In this document: piece by piece, positions 40,937 to 53,510 of the stretch
Position numbering within the stretch: the stretch's first letter is position 1
Layout of the letters: each line of letters begins with the position of its first letter
Source: Octopus bimaculoides
Taxonomy: Eukaryota
Assembly (NCBI RefSeq): GCF_001194135.2
Contig: NC_068984.1
Location: 86,901,384-86,965,383 of the forward strand
DNA length: 64,000 nucleotides
Direction of reading: 5' to 3'
Position numbers and translations under genes: made by a program
The notes under the pieces: generated by a model
What the model saw: the letters and a program-made list of their open reading frames with translations, nothing else
What the model was told of the DNA's origin: nothing
The model's database searches: none

Positions 40937-42762
40937 CTACAAAACATAAAATAATTTTCAGCACATCTCATTCTACTCCATGATGTAATATATAAATTGT
41001 ATAATATATATTATTTTGTGTGTCTTGTCATAAGTCTTTATCTGTGAAGGCTAACAGTCCTCAGACCACACTTAATTCATTCATCATTCACTGCAAATCT
41101 TCAAAATCCTGCAATCAAAGTAACAACTTAATGAACTTCTTCTGTCATGTTCACAGTTTATTTTCAGAATTTTACTAAAATTATCTCAGTACTATTTCTT
41201 GTACTATATAACACCGACAAATGTTTTAAACTGCTATGTTTATCATTGAAAATTTGGAAGGACAGACAAAAGTCTGATGTGCTTGCAGATTTTGCATCAA
41301 GAGTCACATTACATGTGAAACTTTCCATTGGTGTCTAGTTCTAAAATTTAGTGTGAGTGCCTGAAATTTTATTATTACAAAGAGGACTGATTATTAAAGT
41401 TTAGTGAAAACCTGTATATCAAAATAACTTGCTTTTTCACTATTTCTGTCATACATGGTTTGGATTACTTTAATTGCTCACCAGACAAGAGAGTGAGAAA
41501 CTCAATCAAAGCTTATCTCAATGTCAGCAAATGTAACATGCAAAAACCTAAACTACATCCTATTCAGTCCATCTCTTTCCTACACTGCTTTTGTTATTCC
41601 AATTTAACATATTTTTTTGAAATCCTCTAATTTTGTAGCTCTGGTCTATTTACTTTACTGTTATACCAGTAACAATAGTATTTCATGACATTGAGAATAA
41701 AATCTTCTCAAAAGCTGATTAACAAAGTGAAAAGTTTGTGATTTGTAGAAGGCTGGTAAAGATCATAGATATTGCACCAACCTCCAGACTTATCAAAAAA
41801 AAACAAAACAAAAAAAAACAAAACCCCAAAACAAAACAAAAATCCCCTTCAGTGTCATTCCTACAGCTATCATTACTTCTTTTCATTCCACTAACAGTAG
41901 GTTTTTCTTTCTCAATTCATACTCCATTAAAATAGCACTCGCATGTCTTATTTTCTTCATTGTTGTTAAGGGTAGATGAGCCCATTGTATTTTAAACATA
42001 TTTTTCTGGAAGGACATCTTGCTGTTTCCAAAAAAACAGCCTTACAAACTAGAAAATATTCCATACCTATTCAGATAGCATGAGCCTCACAGAGGCAATG
42101 ACTAGTGACTGAGACCTTTGGTGATATGCTGTGCTTGAGAAGACCTGTCAAGCCAAGTGAAATCGTAGTTATGGCTGATGTTGGTGTCACGTAACTAGCA
42201 CCCGTGCTGGTGGCACATAAGGAGCATTTTTCGAGTGTTGGGTCTCACAGAGGCAAAGTGGCTAAGTTCCTTTCGAGCATAGGGCCTCACGGAGGCAAAG
42301 AACAAGACATTTGGCATTATGTCGTGCTCAAGAAGAAGACCCATCAAACCAAGCAAAATCACAGTCATGGCAGATACTGGTCTCACACAAATGGCACCTG
42401 TACCGGCGGCATGTAAAAGCACCCATTACACTCTCAGAGTGGTTGGCGTTAGGAAAGTCATCCAGCTGTAGAAAACCATGCCAAATCAGACTGGTGTCTG
42501 GTGCAACCTTACAGCTTACCAGCCTTAGTCAAACTGTCCAACCCATGCAAGCATGGACAACAGATGTTAAATGTTGGTGATGATGATGACATCCAGGAAC
42601 TAACATTGTCAGCTTTGCACTTCTCCTAGTTATGGATACTAAGAGTCCCACTCGTGTATATAAGACACTATGCACAGGTAAACTTCTAGAAACATTTCCT
42701 AAATGAAATAGTACAGATGACATTTAACAATACAATTAGAATATAAATGAAGGAGAAATTGC

Positions 42763-42950
42763 CTTTGTCGTGTCAACTGGAATCTCAGAACCTTTTGGTA
42801 AAGACACAGGTTGAAAATCAAATGGAACAGTACTATATTCAGGTGGGGCATCTCTCAAATAAAATAATTCATCATCCAAACGTTTTTGTAGTTTAAGTAC
42901 TTCAATATTAAGAATATGGGGTTGATAGATTTCATATCGGATTTCAATCC
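42763..42950 (-). CDS. MRPL19: MRPL19 exon, 188 nt, probable GC donor
   Basis: ttctag|GG ATT to ACA AAG|gcaatt; (G)IEIRYEIYQPHILNIEVLKLQKRLDDELFYLRDAPPEYSTVPFDFQPVSLPKGSEIPVDTTK, containing the KL.KRLDD.L.YLRDA.PEYST hallmark. Confidence 0.95.
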
Positions 42951-45362
42951 CTAGAAGTAATAAAGAAAATACATTTGAATGAAGTGAGTTTTGTTGTTAG
43001 TTAACCTTTTAACAAAAATACAAACATAATGTATGTTGGAAGGAATTTATAAATATTGGCCAATGCATTGTGGATGAAATTTGGGGAAGGGAAACTGTAC
43101 AGAATTACTGTATGTATACATATATCATTATCATCATTTTAATGTCTAATTTTCCATGCTTGCATGAGGTAGGCAAGGATCTGTTGAGGCAGAGTTTTTT
43201 ATGGCAAAATACCCTTCTTGTTACCAACTTCTACTTGTTTTCAAATGAGGTGATAACCTCCTCCTCAATCAAACAAACTTATAAGAATATCTAGTTATCC
43301 CCCTTGTCTTAGCTATGGATTTTCACAAGAAATTGTGTTCACCACAGATTGATTCTTTAATTATCTTATGTGAGAATGTTTGCACATGCACATATTTATA
43401 AATATATGCATATGTGTACACATACATACACAAATATATATAAAAAAATACATACACAGACCCACATAAATGTAGTATGTCTGTGTGCCTGTGTATTTTT
43501 TATATATGCATATAATTATAAATATGGGCTTGCATGAGTGTTCTCGCATAAGATAATTAAAGAATGAATTAATCATGGTGAATTCAATTTCTTGCAAGAA
43601 ATCCAGGGCTTATGCAAGGGAGATAAGAGTTAACATATGTCTTGCAGTTCCTACTGATCATTTTCTCTTTCTCTCTCCACCTTTTCTTCACTAGACTTGA
43701 GTAGCCAAGCAGATCCCTCAGCAGGAACCTGCTCAGCCACCAATCTCTCTCATAGAAATCTCTTTCTTACCTAGCATGATGCTGCCCTCTCCCCACCTCA
43801 CCCTGGGTTTGTAGTCCTGCAAACTGCATGGCAAGCTCAATAGTGCAAGTGGCATAAGAAAATAAAAAAGCATCCAGTCCACATTTTAAAATGGCATTCA
43901 GCTGTAAAAACTGTGTCAAAGTAGACACTGAAGCATGATGCAGTCCCTGCACACATTAGATCCTGTCAAACCATCCAACCCATGCCAGTATGGAACATGA
44001 ACATTAAATGATGATGATGATGAGAGCTGGATGTGACAGAAAATGGGAAAACAGGTAGAAGTAAATACTTTGAGCAGGAAGAAACTGGGAAGAACAAGAA
44101 GCAAAGGAGACAAACACAATTCGAATTGTGAATCAGATTTGTCGTTCATGAATAAGAATTTGTTCTGTAGCAGTAGACTTAAAAGCTGGTACTCTGAGAC
44201 AGAGGAATCTCCAGCAGACTGACAGAGAACCATATATTTCATATGAAGGAAGTTCATTAACTGCTCATACAACTATATAGACATAATTAGAGTTGGAGGT
44301 GATTGTAGAAAAATCGTAGAAACAAGAGCAAAGTTAGGTTTAGCTGTTGCCATTGAGGACAACAAAAGATTTCTGTTTCTCTGCATAAAAAGAGCAGATG
44401 TATGAAACTGGTATAACTGGCACACTGTCAGTTGTGACAATGAGGGTTCTAGTTGATCAGGTCAACAGAACAGCCAGTTTGTGAAATTAACATGCAAGTG
44501 GCTGAGCACTCCACAGAAATATGTACCCTTAATGTAGTTCTTGGGGAGATTCAGCATGACACAGAATGTGATAAGGTTGGCTCATTGAAACACAGGTACT
44601 GCTCATTTTCACCAACTGAGTGGACTGGTAAAAGGTGTGTGATATTATAGGGTAGTGAGATATTGGTATTGAATGTACAAGATCTGAGTTGTCTTCTGTC
44701 TGCTGGATGTGTAATGTTAACTATAATGACTAGCATGAGTGAGCTGATATAATAGCCGAGTGGACATCAAAGATATTGGCTGATGTATGCAGAAGAGATG
44801 ACTACACTAAAATGGACATACAATGTGAATTGATGAATGCTGAATGTGAAAAGGTGAACAAAAAAGGCTAATAAAAGACAGAGGTACAAAATGAATAGCA
44901 ATATTTCTATGGCTGATCTGCCCAACTCATAATGGCATGGAAAAACAGATATTAAGATAATTCTTTTTTGGAATGGTGTATCTCGAAGCAGATAAAACTA
45001 TAAATAACAGCTGGTAAGTATTAGATGAAAAAATCCTTTGAATAGGAAAAGTTGAAGGTTCCCACGGTATCTACATCTACATGACAGGTGTTCTACTATT
45101 AAGACTAGAGCAATCCTTTGAATTTCTCTGTTTACTGCAGATATGGGTTCAAGTCTCACTGGCAGCCTTTGACTTTTTCTATCCATAGGGGTTTTTAACC
45201 TAATATTTACACACTATCATTTATAGTTTTACCTTCACGTTCTCTCAAAGTTTATAAATTCTTATAATTTTAAGCATTAAGATGATAATTTATCACATAT
45301 GAAATCATAATTTTTATATGAATGGTAGAGGACGAATAAAATATGTTAAATATGTTTACTAC

Positions 45363-45497
45363 CTTGGCTGGCAATCACATTCCTTAAAGTAAAGTTTGCC
45401 TTGAGGCCAATACCACCTCGTGATATACAAATTCCAACAAATCTGTTTTTCTTCAAGGGAGCAAATTGATCAGCAACTGTAACTGCCATGATACTTC
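45363..45497 (-). CDS. MRPL19: MRPL19 exon, 135 nt, phase 1-1
   Basis: tgacag|GA to CAA G|gtagta; (G)SIMAVTVADQFAPLKKNRFVGICISRGGIGLKANFTLRNVIASQ(G), the bL19 core motif F.GICI.R...GL.A.F.LRNVI. Confidence 0.96.
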
Positions 45498-46230
45498 CTG
45501 TCAATAAACCACAAGTGAAACAGTAGAATCTGAGGAAAGTAGTGGTGATCTGCATCAGAAAATATTAGAGATAAAATGTTCACAGCAAGGAATAGGTTAG
45601 TCTGCCATAGGAGGAGGAGGAGGAGGAGGAGGAGGAGAGATCTCATGTTTCTCAAGACATACTAATTCCCACTATGTGAACTATTTATACACAAATAGGT
45701 TCAGGTATAGCTCGGTGATGTAGTTTTTGGTTCAATCCCACTATACAATACCTTTAGTAAATATCTTCTATAATAGACTTGAGTTCATTAATGCCTTGTT
45801 AGTGAAATTTTGCAGACACTGTGAGAAAGCCAGTCATATACGAGTGTGTTGTGTGTGTGTGCATGTATGTATGTGTATATATATATATGTTATTTTGCTT
45901 TGGTTATTGCTGTGTCAAACTAATGGGATAATTTTGTTCTTTTAGAAATATTTTCATTCCTGTAATCTTTTATCCCTTAATTCTACATCTATTACTATAG
46001 TGCAAATTTGTTTTGCCCTATTAAAGGGTATAATTCTTTTGGTATGTGAGGGATGGGAGAAATGAAAGTTCAAATATTGGTGTGTGGCTGTACGTTTATA
46101 GAAGAGATCTGTTTTTATGGTGTTATCTTCTTTAATTAGGAGTTTACTTTTAGCTTTATTTCATTTTTTCCCCTTCCTCGTCATCTACTTCTTATACACA
46201 CATGCTTTTGTATTCTTGTATTTTTTAATA

Positions 46231-47545
46231 TTGGGTCATCCCATAAATAATGCGTTTTTTTATACATCTTTTATTTTTTTTAATTAAGATAAACAAAGTT
46301 CTTTTTTAATCTAAAATATACTCTCCTTCATTTTCTACAATGCTCTTTCATCTATTTGGTAGACTTGCAAAGCCCCTCTTCCAAAATTCACTTATTCATG
46401 ATGAAAAATACTCCTCCAGTACTGTTCTATCTTTGTCTACAGAATTCATATTTTTCTGTCCAAATGATTTTGAAGATTGCGGAATAAATGATAATCAGAT
46501 GGAGCAATGTCTGGCAAATATGATGGGTGGGGCATTGTTTCCCATTCGAACTGCTTCACCCCTTGGAATGTCATCTTTGCTGTATGTGGCCAAGCATTAT
46601 CGGGACACCTGTGATACCGTTTGACAGACATACCACCCCAGTCAAACTCCCTGACCAACAATATTCTCAACTAAGGTTGTGCAGGAAGAACACCTTTCAT
46701 CTTGAAAGCAAAGATGGTCATTTTTCTTTTAGCGCAGACTTAAGCCACTCAAGCTGCTGGTAGTAGATCTCTGTTATTGTTTGGTTTGGGTTTAAAAGTT
46801 CAAAGTGCACTAAACCTTTCATATCTCACCAAACAGATAACAACACCTTATGTGGGTGAAGACCTTCTTTAGCCTGGGATGCTGGTGTTTCTCTTTTCCC
46901 TACCCACTGTCTTTATAGAGAACCTATTTCTTGTCACCAATCACTATTCGGTCCCAAAAAGGTTCATTCGTGAGATGTGACAGCAAAGAAGAGCACACAT
47001 TCACTCTCTGTGAGTGATTGGATTGGGAAAATTTGTGAGGAACCCACTTTCCCAATTTGCTCACTTTCCTGATGGCATGCAGGTGTCGATGAATGGTTGA
47101 ATGACCAAATCCAAGCTTCTCTGTTAGTTCCTTAACAGTTATGATGGGATTTTGTTCCAGCAGGCTTTGCAGGACATACTCATTACCTTCTCAGCTCTAG
47201 TTTCTGGTATGGAATTTCTGGAACCATCATTGACACTAGTTTACACTTATTGTCCGATCCCCATATACTGCATTAATATTCCTCTCACTTTCCATTACAT
47301 TGTTACCTTTATTGAACTCATAAAGCAAAATATGCCGAATATGCTCCTTTGTCACTTCCATTATAGCTTTGAAAAAATAACTGTTAAAATCGAACTGCAC
47401 TCTTCAAAACTTGCACTAAGAATAAGGACAAGGTAAAATTACTACCTGCTTTTATAGCAAGTTGATGCAGGTAATTTATTCCCTCCCCCTCCAGCTTTTA
47501 GTTCATGCAATTGAAAAAAACTGCATTATTTATGGGATGATCCAA
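46231..47545 (-). mobile_element. Full-length (about 1.3 kb) decayed mariner in an MRPL19 intron
   Basis: TA|TTGGGTCATCCCATAAATAATG...CATTATTTATGGGATGATCCAA|TA; transposase remnant DNAWPHTAK...WETMPHPSYLPDIAPSDYHLFRNLQNHL, from the mariner HDNARPH / HPPYSPDLAPSDYHLF motifs. Confidence 0.92.
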
Positions 47546-48196
47546 TATATATTTTTTGCTATTTAATCAACCAGTAAAACATACATTTTTCAGTTTGAAA
47601 ATGGCTATTTGAAACTTGAAACTCACACCAGAGTAACTCACTGTAAACATTATTATTAAAGTAAATTATTCCCCCAAAGAACCATCTCTACTCATTTTTT
47701 CAAATATATATATATATGTGTGCACATACATATGTGTCTAATTAGCATACAGTTGGCATCCAAAACAAGTTTAGTCTATCAGGATTTTTCCTTTTTGTTT
47801 TACAAGTGTAGAATTTAGTACAACTGCTTTGTAATTTGATTGTTACTATACTGGTCAATTATGGATAAGCTACACTTAGAAAAAAAGAAATTCAAATGAT
47901 ATTTGCTAAATTAAACCCTTCAAGGCAGGGCCACAGCCCAATGACTGAAACAAACAGAAAAATAAAAGATACTTATGCGAATATATTTGGGTTGTTAAAT
48001 GATCTAATCATTAACTAGGTTTTCATCTAATCAATTTTTTAATCATTATTTTTTAAAAACTTATCTCTACAAAAACCAAATGAAAGTAATTTACAAATAG
48101 CACTCATCACTAAGTTGGACAGGATAAATTGCTTGATAAGAATTTATCATCTCAAAAGAGAATAATGAATATCAAACAATATTTTTATATATTTAC

Positions 48197-48321
48197 CAAC
48201 ATAGAATTCAGGAACATGAAGAACATTTCGTCGTTTGTACATATCTGAACGCTCTAATTTTTCTCTAATTCTATCCCTGGCCATCCAATTAGGATGTGGT
48301 AGAAACTCTGGATACACATGT
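48197..48321 (-). CDS. MRPL19: MRPL19 exon, 125 nt, phase 2-1
   Basis: ttttag|A CAT to GTT G|gtaaat; (R)HVYPEFLPHPNWMARDRIREKLERSDMYKRRNVLHVPEFYV(G). Confidence 0.95.
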
Positions 48322-48416
48322 CTAAAATGTAGCCAAAAAAATATTATCATGGAGTTTTCAGTTACATAAAAGTGAAAATTTTGCAACATTGTTCTTATAG
48401 GATAATGATTAATTAC

Positions 48417-48567
48417 CTGTATTCTCCAACTTTAACTTGATCACTCTGTACAGGTAACTTTTTATCTGTTTTTACCTGATCTTTTGATAACTGTGATTTC
48501 CTATAACCTTCTACAACTTCATTCTTCAAGGAATATCGCCAAGGATCTGCATGAAGTCTTGATGCAT
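48417..48567 (-). CDS. MRPL19: MRPL19 exon, 151 nt, phase 1-2, poorly conserved N-terminal part
   Basis: tatttag|AT to TAC AG|gtaatt; stop-free ASRLHADPWRYSLKNEVVEGYRKSQLSKDQVKTDKKLPVQSDQVKVGEY(R); joins the next exon in frame across a 95-nt intron. Confidence 0.8.
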
Positions 48568-49779
48568 CTAAATAGAGTATTTTATATTTTCAAAACAAAA
48601 AGTTAAAGTAAATTATCATAAATTTGTCATATATTTCATCTGCTGTATAAGTTTTTTTTACCCATATCATAATAGGCAAAATGAACGATCAAACCTAAAA
48701 TTTAGAAGCAATCTTAAAATTCAAGTTCTAAAAACAGATAACCATATAAAAATCCATGTTACAGTTTTCAACAAAAATAAATTTGTAAAGCTTCACAGAA
48801 TACTAAATTTGCATACAAATTAGTCATCTTCTATAATAATAAATGCCAAAACGAATTTCATTATTCAATGATACTTCTACTATTCCTCATGTTGGGGTGA
48901 GAGTAATAATAGGCATAGAGATGGTGAGGGCGGTGGTAGATTGATGGTTGTGATGGTAATGGGGTGATAGTAATAGTATGAGCTGTAGTTGTGATAGAGG
49001 TGAGGGCAATGGTGATGATGGTGATGGTGGTAGTCGAGGTGGTCAGGGATGATGGTGATAGTAAGCGATGTGAAAGACAGTGGTGATGGTGGTGGAGGGG
49101 AAGGCGGCAAAATCAAAGGTATCGATGGTGGTGGCATCAGAAGTCTGAATGGTGTGTGTATGGCAGTTGTGGTGGTACTGGTGATAGTGATGGTTGAAAA
49201 TAACAGAAAAGAGAGAGAGAAAGAAAGAGGTTAGGTAGAAAAAAAATTGTACTGATGCCCCCAAATGGGAACACAAAAAATGTTTATCATGTAGCTTTGC
49301 AATAAGGTCCAAGTCAACAAATTATATCAATGTTTTGATGAAAACTGTTCATTGCTTGAAAAATACTGGTCAAGTTTAATACAATTTAATATGTACTCAA
49401 TGCATGAAGTATCAGTGTTGGGCCCAAGGCCTAATGAAGAGCCCTCCACAGGAGCTAGCTTAAAAGCTGCTCTATCGAGTAGCTTCTAAGCTAGTAATTA
49501 ATATACATATTTTATGTTTGTCCATACTAGCACAGGTTGTAAGTTTTCCTCACATGTGGTATGGTCCTGCATTATCTCTTGAGATCAGATGTCACTTTTC
49601 CCCTTGTTTTCTTGGCTTACCGAGTACTCCTTTTTTACTTAACTGTCATATTCTATGCACATGACATGCTCTTAACAGCATAGCCTTTTCTCTCGTGCAC
49701 TGTATCTGATTGAAGTTAAAACCAGTTTTTCTCTCAGCTCATTTGTGGTAGGTCTCTTGTGCACACTGTGTTGTGTTGG

Positions 49780-50143
49780 CACTCCATCGCTTACGATGTC
49801 GAGGGTTCCAGTTGATCCGATCAACAGAACAGCCTGCTTGTGAAATTAACGTGCAAGTGGCTGAGCACTCCACAGACACGTGTACCCTTAACGTAGTTCT
49901 TGGGGATATTCAGCCTGACACAGTGTGACAAAGCTGACCCTTTGAATTACAGGCACAACAGGAAGAGTGAGAGAAAGTTGTGGTGGAAGAGTACAGCAGA
50001 GTTCGCCACCGCCCCCTGCCAGAGCCTCGTGGAGCTTTAGGTGTTTTCGCTCAATAAACACTCATAACGCCCGGTCTGGGAATCAAAACCGCGATCCTAT
50101 GACCACGAGTCTGCTGCCCTAACCACTGGGCCACTGCACCTCC
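49780..50143 (-). mobile_element. tRNA-derived SINE (family C), second copy
   Basis: Colinear with 29969-30325 throughout. Confidence 0.88.
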
Positions 50144-50219
50144 TAACATTACACAACCATGCTTGCCTGATTTCTTTCCAGCCCATTTTTTTCATTATCA
50201 TTTATTATTGCACTTCACA

Positions 50220-50775
50220 CAATTTGTCAGTGCCTACATTTGGAGAAAGAATCCTTTTGTTGTGTTTCTAGCAGGAGTAATATTACTTTCTGAACTTTTT
50301 GTACCTATCTTAATTTGGCTACTATGGTTTCAGAATACTTTCACTGCTGATTATGTCACCAAATTTGCAGAAACAGTCAACAACTTCAAAAGATTTCAAG
50401 GCATTTGAAAGAATTCATTTCATTGCTGCTCATACTGCTAACTGTTGTGTTTCTGCTACAGTCTTTCCTCTCTGTTTGCTTACCTGTAATGTTACTGCAT
50501 CTCTTGTGCACCCATAGCTCACATTGGATCCATAGTAGAATTCCTACAGAATTCTTTTCAGTAGATTGAACATAGCCACTTTCCAGGTAGTAGTGGAGTC
50601 CCATGATTTTCATCCTAACTAAAACTTTTGTCGTTGCCAGGTCTACTTCTCAATTTTAGGTTTTGCTTCCACATTCGGAATTTCTAATTTTTCGTGCAAT
50701 TCAGTAATAGGAATTAGATTATCACTATACAAAAGTTCCCAAGAGCAGCCTATCTTAAGCTCTTCTATTATGACC
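50220..50775 (-). mobile_element. Decayed LINE RT fragment (RTE-like) with a Cys/His insert
   Basis: IIEELKIGCSWELLYSDNLI (from WELLYADDL), then CELWVHKRCSNITGK and FEVVDCFCKFGDII (from F.YLGD); stops and frameshifts. Confidence 0.75.
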
Positions 50776-50840
50776 TGGAAAACTATAACACACACACATA
50801 TATTTCATTATCATCATCGATATTGCATATACATTTTTTC

Positions 50841-51289
50841 GGAGATAATGCAGATTTGCACCTCACCTTGAAAAATACATTTTTCTGAAAAAGTTTATTT
50901 GAATTCCTAGGTTTTATTTGTAGATTACGAATATGCAAAAAAGAAAGAAAAAAAAAAAAAATCAAAATTTTAACTGTATTGTTGTTTATTGAAATGTGGA
51001 AATTTCATTCAAGTCGGTATGTAAAGTGCACTTTCTATGTTCATATAGCCAAACTGTGGAAATAGTTGTTTAAATCCCCGTATTTTTCCACGTTACATAT
51101 CTGCTTAATAAAATTTCCACACTTTAATATACAACAATACATTTAAAATTGGTGAGGAGATTTTGAAAAAAAAAAAAACAACCTTTTTTCCATATTCGTA
51201 ATCTCCGACAAGTAAAACCTAAGAATCCAAATGAACTTTTTCAGAAAAATGCATTTTTCAAGGTGAGGTGCGAATCTACATTAGCCCCC
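50841..51289. mobile_element. Long palindromic MITE, arms about 175 bp
   Basis: Left GGAGATAATGCAGATTTGCACCTCACCTTGAAAAATACATTTTTCTGAAAAAG... pairs with right ...CTTTTTCAGAAAAATGCATTTTTCAAGGTGAGGTGCGAATCTACATTAGCCCC; imperfect flanking repeat attttttc/atttttcc. Confidence 0.8.
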
Positions 51290-52016
51290 ATTTTTCCATG
51301 CTGGTATCAGTTGGGCGAAACTTTTTGAAGTAGTATTTTCAAACGCAAACTCGTACTTGTTTGCAAGTACGGTATTTTATTCTATGTTGCTGCACCTCGG
51401 ACTACCGAGATGTTGAACTATTTTTGTTTTAAGCTTAGAAAATTTCCTTTTGAATAGTGGCCGCAGACTGAAGAACTGGCACTGACCGCTGGCATTGACC
51501 ACTGACTAGCTCTTATGGGAAAAAAATCTTAACAGTATTAGTGAAGTTGATGTACATATATGAAATAAGATAACAATGTAGAAAATGATATAAAAATAGT
51601 TAAAAATGTAACAACTCGAAATTAGCACGACGGTGTCCTTGAAGTGTCCCCTAAGAGACTTTAAAAATTAAAAGAAAAACAACAAAATTCATTTTGAAAA
51701 TATGTAGAAATATTTATACATACTTCTGCAAGGGATTCGGATAAGTTGTCCTAAAAATTGTGCCATAGGGTAAAAAAAAAACTACAGGAAAACGTCAATG
51801 TAGCAATAAGTCCTCGTCGTTGACTGACTTAGAGCTTTCCGGTGTAATATTTTTATTGCAGCCGGTATGAAATAATTCCGAGCCATATATTATAATTCCG
51901 TTCATGTCTCGAATGCATCATCCAAACTTGTGCTTCTCAAACTACCGGCAGTTTTTTTTACCCAATGTGCCAGGGATTGGTAATTTCAATTTATACCGGA
52001 AACAATATATATAATG

Positions 52017-52269
52017 GGTAATCTTCAAGTTTAGGGATAAAAAAAATAAATAAAATTATTCAAGGGAAATAACTGAACGACTTACCAGTATTATCCGTTT
52101 TCTTCTAGCTGTTTATAAATAAATCACACCCTAACCCTAACGTCAATCAAATCACGTGTGTGATTTATTTATAAACAGAGATGTACGGAGAATACTGGTA
52201 AGACGTTCAGTTACTTCCCTTGAATATTTTAATTTATTTTAATTTATCCCCCTAAACTTGAAGATTACC
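52017..52269. mobile_element. Palindromic MITE with a perfect 9-bp TSD (Merlin-like)
   Basis: TIRs GGTAATCTTCAAGTTTAGGG / CCCTAAACTTGAAGATTACC; TSD TATATAATG at 52008-52016 and 52270-52278; CCCTAACCCTAA in the loop. Confidence 0.88.
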
Positions 52270-52434
52270 TATATAATGAACATAATAAAAGTGGACAATT
52301 TTTTTATCTTCTGATTATTTTGTAAACAAATAATACAATATTACATAAGCATTTTATGTTTCTTTTGTTTTGGGATTTGGTTTGCAAGATTTTTTATGTG
52401 ATTTCGTGTGTTGAAGCATATTCTGTTGTGTCTG

Positions 52435-52529
52435 NNNNNNNNNNNNNNNNNNNNNNNNNNNNNNNNNNNNNNNNNNNNNNNNNNNNNNNNNNNNNNNNNN
52501 NNNNNNNNNNNNNNNNNNNNNNNNNNNNN
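52435..52529. other. Assembly gap
   Basis: N run. Confidence 1.
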
Positions 52530-52669
52530 ATTATTTTTACTTTCCTAAAATTTTCGTTGCGTCTTGCAACCTTTTCAATAGTCTTAACGGTGTTAAATTT
52601 TAAGGCACGATAAGAAAATGACTCTCCCCAGACACAACAGATTATGTTTCTTTCTTTTCTGGAAACTCA

Positions 52670-52890
52670 CCGCGAACTGCCAGCTGATGGCTCACGGACC
52701 ACCACTTTGAGTAGCACTGATCTAAACCATGGGTCGTAAAACTTTTTAGACCATTGACCCCTTCATGGAATCCTTGACCCCTCATCCACCCCTGGGCATG
52801 TACAAGGAAATAAATAAATAATAATAATAATTAAGTAGATGAGCATTTATCAACCCCAGGGATCGATATCGACCACTCTGGAGACCCCTG
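52670..52890. mobile_element. Cluster of hAT-like MITE ends
   Basis: Minus-strand starts CAGTGCTACTCAAAGTGGTGGTCCG and CAGGGGTCTCCAGAGTGGTCGAT resemble CAG-starting hAT termini; no TSD found. Confidence 0.45.
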
Positions 52891-52904
52891 ATTTAAACAT
52901 TTAC

Positions 52905-52932
52905 CTAAACTTTTTTTAAACGAAAGTTGCAT
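52905..52932 (-). CDS. MRPL19: Candidate MRPL19 exon 1 (option A)
   Basis: ATG MQLSFKKSL + G|gtaaat (phase 1); good donor and an in-frame upstream stop, but a short presequence. Alternative to option B. Confidence 0.25.
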
Positions 52933-53258
52933 CTTGATCTGCCTTTCTGTCCATCAACTAACCGAACGTCAGTTGCATAAAGTTCACCAAGTATATCTGT
53001 TTACTAATCTAGGAAAGTCGAATATAATTTCTCAAAAAGTCGGAGACCTAAAAACTTCGACTTGAACCAATTTAAGTAGACTTTTACAGAACTGGCTTTA
53101 AATAAATTATCATAAATATTTAATTGCTTATTTAATACTAATTATTTAATTTTTTTCTTATAAAAAATATTTAAGTTTTAGCAGAATGCTTTATTTCGCT
53201 CGACCTTAATTATTGTTTCATAAGTTCAATTCGGCTCAGAATTCTTATCTTCACAGAA

Positions 53259-53510
53259 GGATCGGATCTTGTTAAATTTTTCCAACAACTTGAACTATTT
53301 CAAATTTTCACCAGATTAATTTTAGAAAAACATGGTTTTGATATAGTTTTGCATGCTGATGACGATCGCATTCATTTTAGAATATTTTTTTTTCTAGAAA
53401 TTAATAATAAAGTAGTATGCAAAACTACATTTTAAAAAAAAATCTGGTGAAAATTTGAGATACTTCAATTAGTTGGAAGAAATTTAACAAAATTCGAAGG
53501 ATCCTATCCG
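53259..53510. repeat. Degenerate inverted repeat (MITE-like hairpin)
   Basis: GATCTTGTTAAATTTTTCCAAC...CAAATTTTCACCAGAT...GTTTTGCAT versus ATGCAAAAC...ATCTGGTGAAAATTTG...GTTGGAAGAAATTTAACAAAATTC. Confidence 0.65.

Noticed and set aside
48890-49260. His/Pro/Thr-rich ORFs
   Set aside because: Decayed (GAT/GGT)n simple repeat
50484-50544. Strong - strand donor CAG|gtaagc as a possible MRPL19 exon
   Set aside because: It lies inside a decayed LINE RT, and a proper in-frame exon was found at 48417-48567
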